This document shows, piece by piece, positions 1 through 9,277 of a stretch of 64,000 nucleotides of DNA. This DNA comes from an uncultured Pedosphaera sp. (GTDB lineage Bacteria > Verrucomicrobiota > Verrucomicrobiia > Limisphaerales > AAA164-E04): NCBI GenBank assembly GCA_965214825.1, contig OZ243981.1:3121366-3185365 (forward strand), given 5' to 3'. The notes below the pieces were generated by a model. That model was not told the origin of the DNA, searched no databases, and saw only the letters and a list, made by a program, of their open reading frames with translations. Position 1 is the first letter of the stretch; the number at the start of each line of letters is the position of its first letter. The translations under genes were made by a program, and so were the position numbers.

Positions 1-461
1 TGCGCCATGTGCGGTTTTGGATGGCCTTTTCGGAGGAGTATCTTCGGCATCTCCGCGTTTTGGAGAATGTCGGGATGACCTCCATCCAACCAGTGCTTCA
101 CGAAGGCCGGGAGATTGTGCCACTCCAATTTCTCAAACGGCTCTTGCCAGACCCGGCCTCGCTCGGCCCCCGCACCCAGGGGCAGACTTGCATCGGATGT
201 CTGTTGGAAGGGCGGAAGGACGGGCGCCCACGAAAGACGCTCCTCTATAACACCTGCCAGCATGAAGCCTGTTATGCGGAAACGCGGTCGCAGGCGGTTT
301 CTTATACCACCGGCGTTCCGGCGGCATTGGCCGCGCATCTGATTTTCTCCGGCGAATGGGCCCGGCCCGGCGTGTTCCATCCCGAACAGTTGAACCCCGA
401 TCCCTTCATGGAAGCAGTCGGCGCGATGGGATTGCCCTGGAAGATTCGAGAGGAGGCGTAG
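1..461 (+). CDS. C-terminal part of a saccharopine-dehydrogenase-family carboxy(nor)spermidine dehydrogenase; the 5' end lies outside the window
   Basis: ORF 9..461 aligns block-for-block with the C-terminus of the complete paralog at 1702..2922 (RFWM.FS, PLQFLK.LLPDP, GQTCIGCL.EG, RSQAVSYT.GVPA, PGVF, DPDPFM, GLPW). The frame is open back to base 3. Confidence 0.75.
   Translation, partial: RHVRFWMAFSEEYLRHLRVLENVGMTSIQPVLHEGREIVPLQFLKRLLPDPASLGPRTQGQTCIGCLLEGRKDGRPRKTLLYNTCQHEACYAETRSQAVSYTTGVPAALAAHLIFSGEWARPGVFHPEQLNPDPFMEAVGAMGLPWKIREEA
451..456 (+). promoter_or_regulatory. Shine-Dalgarno-like AGGAGG 7 nt upstream of the nspC ATG
   Basis: aggagg at 451-456 is followed by ATG at 464. This supports 464 rather than 356 as the start. 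Confidence 0.5.
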
Positions 462-463
462 CC

Positions 464-1648
464 ATGGACGCCGCGGTGCCCACAGTTTTTCCCGAAGCCG
501 GCTCTCCGCTGCTCGCTGAATGCCGGGATTTGCCTTCGCCTTGCTATCTGGTGGATGAAGCGGCGCTGAACCGGAACCTTGCCGTCCTGAAATCCGTTCA
601 GGATCGAACCGGCGCCAGAATCCTTCTCGCCTTAAAAGGCTTTGCCATGCACCGGGTGTTCCCGCTCGTGAAGACGGCGCTGCAGGGAACGGCGGCCAGT
701 TCAGTGAACGAAGCCCGCCTCGGACGCGAGCTCTTCGGCGGCGAAGTGCATGTCTGCGCGCCGGCTTACAGCAATGCCGACATCGACCAGTTGCTGCCCT
801 TGGCGGATCATCTGATCTTCAACTCGGTCCCGCAATGGCAGCGCTACCAAGACCGCACGGCAGCCTTCTCCGGGCGGAAAGTTTCGCTCGGCCTCCGCAT
901 CAACCCCGAATACTCAGAAGTGAAAACCGCCCTCTACGATCCTTGCTGCCCGGGTTCCCGCCTTGGCATCCGGCGCGAACAGTTGATCGGCACCAGACTC
1001 AGCTCAATCGATGGCTTCCACTTCCACACAATGTGCGAACAAAATGCCGGCACGCTGGAACGAACACTCCGGGTAGTGGAGACGAAATTTGCGGCATTTT
1101 TCGGTGAGCTGCAGTGGTTCAACTTCGGCGGCGGCCACCACATTTCCCGGGCGGATTACGAGGTGGACCAGTTGTGCCGCATTCTCGAAACCTTTCACTC
1201 GCGGCACGGCTTGCAAATCTATCTCGAACCGGGCGAAGCGATTGCACTCAATGCAGGCGTGCTGATCGGGAGCGTTCTCGATGTGGCCGGCGAAGACATC
1301 CCCAATGCCATCCTCGACCTCTCCGCAACGGCGCATATGCCGGACATTCTGGAAATGCCCTACCGACCGGAAGTCCGAGGAGCGGCGCGGCCGGGCGAAA
1401 AACCTTACACCTATCGGCTGGGAGGGATCACTTGCCTAGCCGGCGACCGGATTGGCGATTATTCCTTCGACCGCCCCTTGCAAGCCGGCGACCGCCTAAT
1501 CTTTGAAGATATGGCGCACTACACAATGGTCAAGAACACGATGTTCAACGGCGTGCGTCTGCCGGCCATTGTCCTGCGCCGGATGGCGGGAGATTTTGAA
1601 ATTGTCCGCGAATTCAGTTATGAAAACTACCGCAACCGCTTGTCGTAA
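464..1648 (+). CDS. nspC: Carboxynorspermidine/carboxyspermidine decarboxylase (PLP, alanine-racemase-fold decarboxylase)
   Basis: Starts MDAAVPTVFPEAGSPLL. Family-typical blocks are PCYLVDEAAL, LLALKGFAM, FNFGGGHHI, YLEPGEAI and GGITCLAGD. It sits between two CANSDH-type genes. Confidence 0.85.
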   Translation: MDAAVPTVFPEAGSPLLAECRDLPSPCYLVDEAALNRNLAVLKSVQDRTGARILLALKGFAMHRVFPLVKTALQGTAASSVNEARLGRELFGGEVHVCAPAYSNADIDQLLPLADHLIFNSVPQWQRYQDRTAAFSGRKVSLGLRINPEYSEVKTALYDPCCPGSRLGIRREQLIGTRLSSIDGFHFHTMCEQNAGTLERTLRVVETKFAAFFGELQWFNFGGGHHISRADYEVDQLCRILETFHSRHGLQIYLEPGEAIALNAGVLIGSVLDVAGEDIPNAILDLSATAHMPDILEMPYRPEVRGAARPGEKPYTYRLGGITCLAGDRIGDYSFDRPLQAGDRLIFEDMAHYTMVKNTMFNGVRLPAIVLRRMAGDFEIVREFSYENYRNRLS

Positions 1649-1701
1649 CCGCGCCCGGAAAGCGTTCGACGAGCCAGCCCGAAACTGACAAGCCAAACCA
1701 A

Positions 1702-2922
1702 ATGAGCAAACGCGTTCTCATCATCGGCGCCGGTGGCGTCGGCCGCGTCGTCGCACATAAATGCGCCCAAACGCCGGATGTCTTCGGTGCCATCTGCCTG
1801 GCCAGCCGCCGCCGCGAAAAATGCGACGCCATCGCCAAAGAACTCTCCGCGCCCATTCAAACCGCGCGAGTCGATGCCGATCAAACGCCGCAACTGGTTC
1901 AACTCATGCAGCGCTTCCACCCCGACATCGCCATCAACGTAGCCTTGCCCTACCAAGACCTCGCTATCATGGACGCCTGCCTCGAAACCGGCGTCCATTA
2001 CCTCGACACCGCCAACTACGAACCGCGCAACACCGCCAAATTCGAATACCATTGGCAATGGGCCTACCGGGAACACTTCAAAAAACGCGGCCTCACAGCG
2101 CTCTTGGGTTCCGGCTTCGACCCCGGCGTTACCAACGTCTTTTGCGCCTACGCCCAAAAACACCTCTTCCGCCGTATCCGCACCATTGACATCCTCGATT
2201 GCAACGCCGGCGATCATGGCCTCCTCTTCGCCACCAACTTCAACCCCGAAATCAATATCCGCGAAATCACCGCCAACGGACGCTACTGGCAGCAAGGCCA
2301 ATGGCACGAAACCCCGCCCCTGGCCGAATCGCTCCACTTCGATTTTCCCGGAATCGGCCTCCGCAAAGCCTACCTCATGTATCACGAAGAACTCGAATCC
2401 CTCTGCCGCAACATTCCCAACCTGCAACACATCCGCTTCTGGATGACCTTCAGCAAATCCTATCTAACCCACCTGAAAGTCTTCGAAAACATCGGGCTCA
2501 CGCGCATTGACTCCATCGACTTCAACGGGCAACCCGTCATCCCCCTCCAATTCCTCAAAACCCTGCTCCCCGACCCAAGCAGCCTCAGTCCCCACACAAC
2601 CGGGCAAACCTGCATCGGCTGCCTTATCGAAGGCGAACCCAAGATCTCCGCAAGCGCAGAAGCCGAAACGCAAAAACGCATCTTCATTCACAACAACTGT
2701 GATCACCAAGCCTGCTCCCGCGAAGTCCGCTCCCAAGCCGTCTCCTACACTGCCGGCGTCCCGGCAATGATCGGCGCCAAAATGATCCTCCAAGGCCACT
2801 GGAACCACCCCGGCGTCTTCAATCTCGAAGAACTCGACCCCGACCCCTTCATGGCCGCCCTCAACCAACACGGCCTCCCCTGGCACATCCAAGAAACCGG
2901 CCTCAGCCCCCTACCCCGCTAA
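1702..2922 (+). CDS. Carboxynorspermidine/carboxyspermidine dehydrogenase (saccharopine dehydrogenase family)
   Basis: N-terminal Rossmann motif MSKRVLIIGAGGVGRVVAHK. Full-length 406 aa. Paralogous to the partial gene at 1..461 and adjacent to nspC. Confidence 0.85.
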   Translation: MSKRVLIIGAGGVGRVVAHKCAQTPDVFGAICLASRRREKCDAIAKELSAPIQTARVDADQTPQLVQLMQRFHPDIAINVALPYQDLAIMDACLETGVHYLDTANYEPRNTAKFEYHWQWAYREHFKKRGLTALLGSGFDPGVTNVFCAYAQKHLFRRIRTIDILDCNAGDHGLLFATNFNPEINIREITANGRYWQQGQWHETPPLAESLHFDFPGIGLRKAYLMYHEELESLCRNIPNLQHIRFWMTFSKSYLTHLKVFENIGLTRIDSIDFNGQPVIPLQFLKTLLPDPSSLSPHTTGQTCIGCLIEGEPKISASAEAETQKRIFIHNNCDHQACSREVRSQAVSYTAGVPAMIGAKMILQGHWNHPGVFNLEELDPDPFMAALNQHGLPWHIQETGLSPLPR

Positions 2923-4362
2923 GCGCCTCTCCCTCCACCTCAAACTTTTGAAAACATTCAGAAATCATCCGGGAAATCAGAACTCTCGCGCAACACGTTC
3001 TTGATGGATGATTTTTCCCTTTGTGGCTTTTTTTCGTTCCCCTAGATCGCGCTCCAACTTCCTCCGAATTGCGCTTCAATCCATGAATCACAGCATCTCG
3101 AGTTGCCGGACTCCACATGACAATGTGCCCGCAAATAAGATGCCTCGTCTCAGGATGATTAATCATCCAAGTGTCTAACGTTGCTACTCCTTGAAGAGTC
3201 GCTCTGCCGTGTTGCTTAATGGATCTGTTAATTTCAGCACCAATTTGCAATGACTCTGATTCCTCAGTCCGTCTTCGATCATATATCTCCTCAGTAATTT
3301 TAAGGACTTCCTCAACAGTGCCGTCAATTTCCACGTGGAGTGTACTGTTAACAAAATCAGTAAGATTCGCATATGCTTGAAGCCGTGCCTGCTCGCGTGC
3401 TGCTTTGACAGCGAAATTTCTTTTCAATTTTGAGTCTATTCTTGTAACAGCAGGCGACCATTGCCCAAAACTGACAAAAGCCCGATTACCCGCAGTATCG
3501 TGAAAGGTGCGAACGCCGTACACCGTCATATAGCCTTCATCGCCATTACGGGCAATTTTGCGGACTTGCTCACGAATAGATTGTGCAGGATTACCTCCAG
3601 ATGAGCGGGCAACGGTGTGTCCGTGAAAGGCAGCATTAGCCCATTTCCTTAGATTATCCGAACAGATGACAAGCACACCAATATTATCCAAATCTTCAAA
3701 TGTTTTGAGAACTCTCAATCCAGATACGGACTGCATAGCCCCAACCGTTGCGCGTTTGAAAATCTGTTCACGAGCGCTCTCTCTTTTCTTGCGGGGTGAC
3801 ATATCTGAGGAATCAATGCCGTAATCTCGCAATGTTTCATCTAGCTCCGCTCCCTTCAAGGTGAGCATTTTATGGTCAATAGTCTTTTAAAGTGCTTGTA
3901 AAGCATCACCGCGAGGAACTTCTTCATCGAAGGAATTTCTATCTTTCCGAACGAATTCGCGTATAGTATCTGTTGTGATATTGGCCCTCCTCGATACAAC
4001 AAAGTTCCCCTTGGCCTTGGCAAATACTTTCTCAAAAGCAAGAATGCGAGCTTGACCAAACCTGAGATACAGTCTGGGATACTGTGTTCCACGTCTAATA
4101 GGAGCCGTGGCCCAGCCAATATATGTGCCGTTCGGATTGCCCCCCAAAGACCACGCCCTCTTATTTTTTCCTTTTTTCTCTTCTCTAAGTAATTGTCGCG
4201 TTGCTTTTCAATCTTCCCTCCTTGTTCTTCAGCAGAAGGGAAGAGATTTTCTGGATCCTCGAATACGACATCGGGAGGTTTTTCTTCGCTGGTTTGTGCA
4301 AGCAACGGGGCAGCGATGGAGGCTGCGAGTGTGATTAGTGCAATAGTAAATGTAGTCTTCAC
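2903..4362 (-). pseudogene. Secreted protein of unknown function, disrupted by one frameshift and one in-frame TAA
   Basis: The signal peptide MKTTFTIALITLAASIAAPLLAQ is in the frame of 4362. The sensible continuation GGNPNGTYIGWATAP... is in another frame, entered at a G6 run (C6 on the plus strand, 4140-4145). That frame hits TAA at 3887-3889 and then continues in the same frame into the 321-aa ORF 2903..3868. The region is visibly AT-richer. Confidence 0.5.
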
Positions 4363-4413
4363 GTTATGATACAGTAAGTAGTTGTTAATGTTGAAGGTTT
4401 AGGGGGGAAATTG

Positions 4414-5032
4414 TTACCAGCTGACAGCGGCACGTTTGCCGGGTTTGGTGATTTCGCGTTCATCGCTCCAAAAGGCGAGGCCGGTGCGCAGGTCGGTCAG
4501 GGCGAGTTGCAAGGTGTAGGTGGCTTGTCGGGCACGGTCGGCGCGGATGTTTTGCTGGATGATTTTGCCGCCGAGGCTGTAGTCGGGCGCAATCATTTGG
4601 CCTTGTTGCGGCAAGGTGGATTGGTCGAATTCAGCGGCGTTGCGGAGTTCCCGGATGGCGGCTGTGGAGGCGTCTTCTGAGCCGTCGAGTCCGACGGCGG
4701 TTGTGAGGACGAATTTGCCGCTGCGGTTGAGTGCTGTGAGGATTTTTTTGGTTAGGATGTCGGTGTCGATGTGGAGGAGGATGTTGTTTTGGATGCGGCC
4801 GATCATGATGACCATTCGCCTGCTGTCTTCTGCTGTGAGGTCGTCGCGGCTCAGGGGGGATTGGATCATTTCGTCGGCGGCTTTGTTCCAGTCTTGGGGG
4901 TTGATGTCGCCGACGGTAACGACACCTTGGCCGGCGTTCGGGGCCGATGTATGTTGCGGAGGTGGTGCCGCAGCCGCCGGTGAGAAGCACAAGGACGATG
5001 AGGCTGATAGTTGTCAAGAAGGTTTTTTGCAA
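4414..5032 (-). pseudogene. LpoB/COG3417-like outer-membrane lipoprotein, frameshifted just after the lipobox
   Basis: The lipoprotein signal (L)QKTFLTTISLIVLVLLTGGC GTTSATYIGP is in one frame. The LpoB-like body (NAGQGVVTVGDINPQDWNKAADEMIQS...GKFVLT...APDYSLGGKI...LTDLRTGLAFWSDEREITK) is in another. The junction is at GGCCCCGAAC near 4935-4945. Confidence 0.6.
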
Positions 5033-5256
5033 TAAGTATTTAGGGGCTTTGAAGCAAAATGCTTGGCAACGGAACAGACTGTGTTAAATATTTTGGCCAG
5101 GGGAATGAGGTTACTGGACGTGGAAAAAGCAGGATTGCCTGCTGGAGCGTCAATGTAGCCCATAGCTACTTATTCCGAGGTTTTTGTCGGTATCTTCATT
5201 TTATGTCTCTGTAGGGTTGTTTGTTTTTGGTTATCAGTTTGTAAATTATTCGCTGA

Positions 5257-5511
5257 GCAGTAGCCGTCTGCTGGCGGCTTTGGGTTCGGGAGCGATGAGG
5301 GTGATTTCGGCGGTTTCGCCGGGTTGGAGGAGTTGGGAGTGCCAGCGGGAGTGGCCGAGTAGGGGAGTGCTTGGATGTGGTTCGAGAGTTTCGGGCCGAT
5401 GTCGAGGTTGTGGAGGATGGGTTGTGTGGACACGGCTTTCGGTGCAGCGGCGCAGGCGGTCATTCCCAAGGCGAGGGCGAGCAAGCTGAGGTGTTGGGCG
5501 ATGAATTGCAT
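5257..5511 (-). pseudogene. Small lipoprotein (YcfL/DUF1425-like, tentative), apparently frameshifted
   Basis: MQFIAQHLSLLALALGMTAC lipobox at 5511. After about 45 codons the listed frame turns into Pro/Ser/Asn low complexity. A second frame reads LLGHSRWHSQLLQPGETAEITLIAPEPKAASRRLLLSE-stop (stop at 5257-5259). Confidence 0.35.
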
Positions 5512-5515
5512 TGCG

Positions 5516-6775
5516 TTAGAATTCGAATTTGCTGCGGGAGCGGGGTTTTTGTTTCGGCCGTTTGAGTTGGGGCCTTTGCGGCTGGGCAACGCAGCCTTTG
5601 GCGATTTTTTCAAAACCGGTTTCTGCCAGAAAAGTTGCTTGCGAATACTTGAGCCGCACGTGATCAATCTGAATAAGGCCGAGGAACTCGCCGTTGATTT
5701 TGATGGGGGTTCCTCCGGCTGCCAGGTCTTCGATGGTTTCTTCCGGGCCGAAAAGCTCCATAATGTCGCCGGGGTGGAGGAGAAGGCCGCCTTGGTTGAG
5801 CAGGACTTGGCTGGCGCCGCGGGCAGTCAGGACGCGGATGGGGTAGATGTTGCTGAGGATGCCGAGGGCGAATTGCCGGCTGGCGGCGTCGATGACGGCT
5901 GAGGCGGGATCGACGCTTCCTGTGGCCGGCGGCAGGGCGTGGTTGCCGAAGGCGGCAGTGCCTGCTCAGCGGATTTCTTCGCTGGCGGTGTCGAGGATGC
6001 GGTAGCTGATTTTGGCGCTCATTTGAAGGTGGGTTTCGGTTTGTTCGGTGAGTTTGAAGTGTTGTTGGCACTGCCGCAGGGTGAACTCAGAGATGCTGCC
6101 GACGAGGAGGTAATCAGCGCCGAGTTTTTGGTCGAGGCGGCGGTGCTCTGCAACTGAGCTTTTGCCGGCTTCAAAGTTGGCCTGAATGCGGGCGAGTTCG
6201 TTGTCTATCGCGCTGGTGTCTTCTCGTTCCAGGATGCAGAATTTGCGGGATTGCGTCATTTGCTCTATGAGGGCTTGATGCAGTTCGCGCGCGAACTTTT
6301 CTCCTGACCAGCCGAACACTTCGTCGGAATAGCCTTCGGCGTGCAGCTTGAAAGGGAGGATGGCCAGGCTGGGGATGTGGGAGCGGTCAATACCCAGGAT
6401 ATATTTCCCGAAAACTTTTGCTTCAATGCGGCATTTCCATTGGCTGGTAGTGGCGTCCCAATTGTTTTCCAGAATGCGGTAGGACTTGAAGATGCCTGCG
6501 GTCTGGCTTTTGACGTCGCGTCTGAAGATGCTTAAAAAGCTGGCGCCGTCGGACGAGTCCTGCGTGCTGGTGCTGGATTCGCTTTTCGTTTTCAGCATCA
6601 TGCCTCTGACTTGGCTCAGCGCTTCGATTTTGGCGTTCTCAATGGCTTCTTGCTCCGTGTCTCCAAACCCTGGAGCGGTAACTTGGCGGACTGACTGTTG
6701 CCCCAAGGCTGGCTGGGAGCTCCAGAGCGCTGGCGCGGGTCCAGCGAGAATGAGTATGTGGAAAAGCTGCGGCAT
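5516..6775 (-). pseudogene. LPP20-like + CsgG/COG1462-like periplasmic protein interrupted by an in-frame TGA
   Basis: ORF 5966..6775 (SLAILPF...LTQSRKFCILERED...GADYLLVGSISEF...ISYRILDTASEEIR) stops at TGA 5966-5968. The same frame continues without a shift as AGTAAFGNHALPP...VIDAASRQFALGILSNIYPIRVL...GDIMELFGPEE...IKINGEFLGLIQIDHVRLKYSQA to 5516. Confidence 0.6.
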
Positions 6776-6781
6776 GGTCTT

Positions 6782-8252
6782 TTAGCGGAGTGAAGATTTC
6801 GGTTCGTCCAGCCGGAATTGTTGGATGGGCGCTACGGACGCGAGAGGGTGGATAGATTTGAGATAGAGGACGTTGAATTGTCCCGGCTGGACGAGGATTT
6901 GCCGATTAAGGGCGAGGGCTGTGGAACGGACGGTAACTCGGCGGTCTTCCGGCGTGGGGACGCGCGCGATGAGGATTTATTTGGGCAGGGTGGTACAGCT
7001 CCGGGTGTCGGCGATGTTGACAGCTTCTTGAAAGATAGAGCCGGCAATACCTCCCCAATTGCCCAGTTCGTCCTGCAATGTGGATGTGGCGACTGCCTTG
7101 ATGGCGGTGAAGATGAGCGTGCGGATGACGATGGCCGGAAAGCGATTTTTGAAATCGGTAAGCACGATTCTGTCGAAATCCGCTAGTAGAACGGCTTGGC
7201 TGGATTGCCCTTGGGCTTCAGAGCAAAGTCGCTGACGTATTCATCCTCATACACCATATAGGGCAGAGCGGAGGCAACATATGGGACGCTTTCGCTGATG
7301 GTGAAGGTGGGCAATTCGATTTCGATTTGGTCGAACTTGGGCACCATGCCGGTTTCGACGAAGAGGTAGGTAGCGGGGAGTCAAGGGCTGGTTACCGCCT
7401 TCTTGCAGCTGCTTGAGCTGCGCCGTGTCTTCCCGAAGGGCCGCCTCCACCAGCGCAGGCAGGTTGCCGGTGTGTTGGGCCAAGCCTTCGAGGCGTTGGG
7501 TGAAATTCTCGGCGGCACTCAAATCCTCGCTCGAACCTTGGGCCATATGGTAAATCATATCGAGATAGACGACGAAGGGATTAAAGTTAATCCGCGTTGA
7601 GTTCTTTTGCTTCCGCCAGATTGCCTTTCGGTCCCTTCAAGCTGCCCAGGCGGGAGGAGCTTTGGATTTGGGCGAGGATCGGAGCGGCTTTTTCGTCTGC
7701 CAACAGTTGATTTTAGCTAAACTTTTTGCTCTCGGCGTCTTCTTTCGCTTTTTCGAGCCGCCGGGCGTTTTCTTCGAGGGCGAGCCTTTGGCGGTCGTGA
7801 GCGCGGTTTAATTCCACGCGGGCGCCGATGTAATCGCCTATGGCTAAACGGTTCAACGCCATGTAAGTGCTGAGCATGACTTTGTCGTGCGATTGTCCGC
7901 GGTAAGGAAGATTGGCTTGATTGGAAATGGCCGCGCCCGCCTCATTGAGAACGGACACTTCGGCCTTATTTTCGTATTCTTCAACCTTGTTTTCCGCAAT
8001 CTGAAAAACCTCCAGGCTGTGTTTCGGGGAATTGTTGTTTCTGAGAGCGGTTGCGTATTCCAGATTCCAGATGATATGGTCTTTGGCTTTAGCTTTTTCA
8101 GCCAGTTTTCCAAATTCCTCCGCAGCGAGCGCTATTTCCCCATTCTTCCAATGCTGCATTGCGTCGCCGCCTTGTTGCTGATACGTTTTGCAGGCGGGCA
8201 GCAGGACGATGAGTGCGAGAAACGGAATTAAGCGAAAGAGTTTTTGAGTCAC
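6782..8252 (-). pseudogene. Helical/TPR-like lipoprotein (COG3014-like, tentative), heavily degraded
   Basis: Lipobox LIVLLPAC at the start. In-frame TAA at 7713-7715. Frame change near 7590 (..AEAKELNA / INFNPFVVYLDMIYHMAQG). Frame change near 7395 (..LQEGG / YLFVETGMVPKFDQIEIELPTF...). TAG at 7184-7186 plus a shift into LTDFKNRFPAIVIRT...ADTRSCTTLPK. TAA at 6977-6979, then ILIARVPTPEDRRVTV... to the stop at 6782. The stop is 6 nt before the next gene's ATG. Confidence 0.55.
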
Positions 8253-8326
8253 ATTGTCGGAATTTTTTCCCCCTCTTCTAGCGGCAAGAAAGATGTCCGC
8301 AAGAAAAAAATAAAAAATTCAGCAGT

Positions 8327-8659
8327 TTATGTTTGGAGTTTTTGGATTTTGACGGCGGTGCCATAGACGAGAAGTTCGGCGGCGCCAGCCATGACCTGGG
8401 AGGTCACGAAACGAACGTTGATGACGGCATCGGCGCCCAGTTTCTCCGCATGAGCGGTCATGCGCCGGAGGCTTTCGTTGCGGGACTCTGTGAGCATCTC
8501 GGTGTATTCCTTGATCTCGCCGCCCACAAGAGTGCGCAGGCTGGCGATGATGTCTTTGCCTATGTGTTTGGCGCGGATGGTGTTGCCACGAGCAATGCCC
8601 AGGTATTCGGTGATACGGTAGCCTTCGAGTTGGTCGGAGTTGATAATCAACATGGTCAA
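8327..8659 (-). CDS. ybjQ: YbjQ/UPF0145 (DUF74) family protein
   Basis: 110 aa. Family-typical EGYRITEYLGIARGNTIRAKHIGKDI, GGEIKEYTEML..SR, GADAVINVRF. Confidence 0.85.
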   Translation of the reverse strand: MTMLIINSDQLEGYRITEYLGIARGNTIRAKHIGKDIIASLRTLVGGEIKEYTEMLTESRNESLRRMTAHAEKLGADAVINVRFVTSQVMAGAAELLVYGTAVKIQKLQT

Positions 8660-8666
8660 GTTGGTT

Positions 8667-8915
8667 TCAGGGTTCGTCTTGGAGTTCTTTGTCGGTTTTT
8701 CGAGATTGGAGCCGCTCCCAAATCACAGTTCCCAGTAGCAGGATAAAGCCGACGGCCGCTGTGACAAGCCCGATTCGGATGAGGAGCGGAAATCTGAGGA
8801 AGTGCTCGAGGAAGTGCGGCCAGAGTGCCCGGAGAGGCTCAATCAGCCAGATGAGTAGGAGGAGCGTTCCCACGCCGATAAGGAGGAAGCCGAGAATGAA
8901 GGGCAGGCGGGTCAT
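8667..8915 (-). CDS. Small two-TM membrane protein, unknown function
   Basis: Internal ATG of ORF 8667..9221: MTRLPFILGFLLIGVGTLLLLIWL...LIRIGLVTAAVGFILLLGTVIWERLQSRK. ATGA overlap with the upstream paralog. Confidence 0.5.
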   Translation of the reverse strand: MTRLPFILGFLLIGVGTLLLLIWLIEPLRALWPHFLEHFLRFPLLIRIGLVTAAVGFILLLGTVIWERLQSRKTDKELQDEP

Positions 8916-9163
8916 GTTTCGTCCTTCCAATTTTCGCGGCGGGCGTCCCGGATGCGTTCGCAGAGCAGGGCGCCGATAATTAAAACGGCGCCGGCGAGGA
9001 TGAGGGACAAGCCGTAAGCGACGACGGCAGGCACTTCCGGCCAGAATTGCCACATCCGGCGGAGAAACCAGCTTGCGCCGTAACCGAGGGCGGTAGCGGC
9101 GGCCAGCAGGCGGCCTCCGCGCCAAAGGATGACGGCCAGCGTCTGGATTTTTGGGGCGGCCAT
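8912..9163 (-). CDS. Small two-TM membrane protein, paralog of 8667..8915
   Basis: 83 aa with two hydrophobic spans. C-terminal tail CERIRDARRENWKDET compares with WERLQSRKTDKELQDEP in the neighbour. Confidence 0.5.
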   Translation of the reverse strand: MAAPKIQTLAVILWRGGRLLAAATALGYGASWFLRRMWQFWPEVPAVVAYGLSLILAGAVLIIGALLCERIRDARRENWKDET

Positions 9164-9277
9164 GGCGGCGTTGCGGTTCCGGCTTTTGGGGGAGTATCGG
9201 GTTTGGCAAGAGGCTTGTCAAACCGGGACGGGGGATTGTAATTGAGTGGGGTGCGTATTTGGATCGTTTTTTTGGAA

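Noticed and set aside
3856-4362. Treating ORF 3856..4362 as an intact 168-aa protein
   Set aside because: After the signal peptide and acidic/basic linker, the frame becomes implausible (LLLRKYLPRPRGTLLYRGGP...). The alternative frame entered at a G6 run is protein-like and is in phase with the 321-aa ORF 2903..3868 across a single TAA.
5966-5968. Selenocysteine at the in-frame TGA of the CsgG-like gene
   Set aside because: The protein family is not a selenoprotein family. Homolog context predicts Trp. I saw no convincing SECIS-like hairpin right after the codon. Neighbouring genes are decayed.
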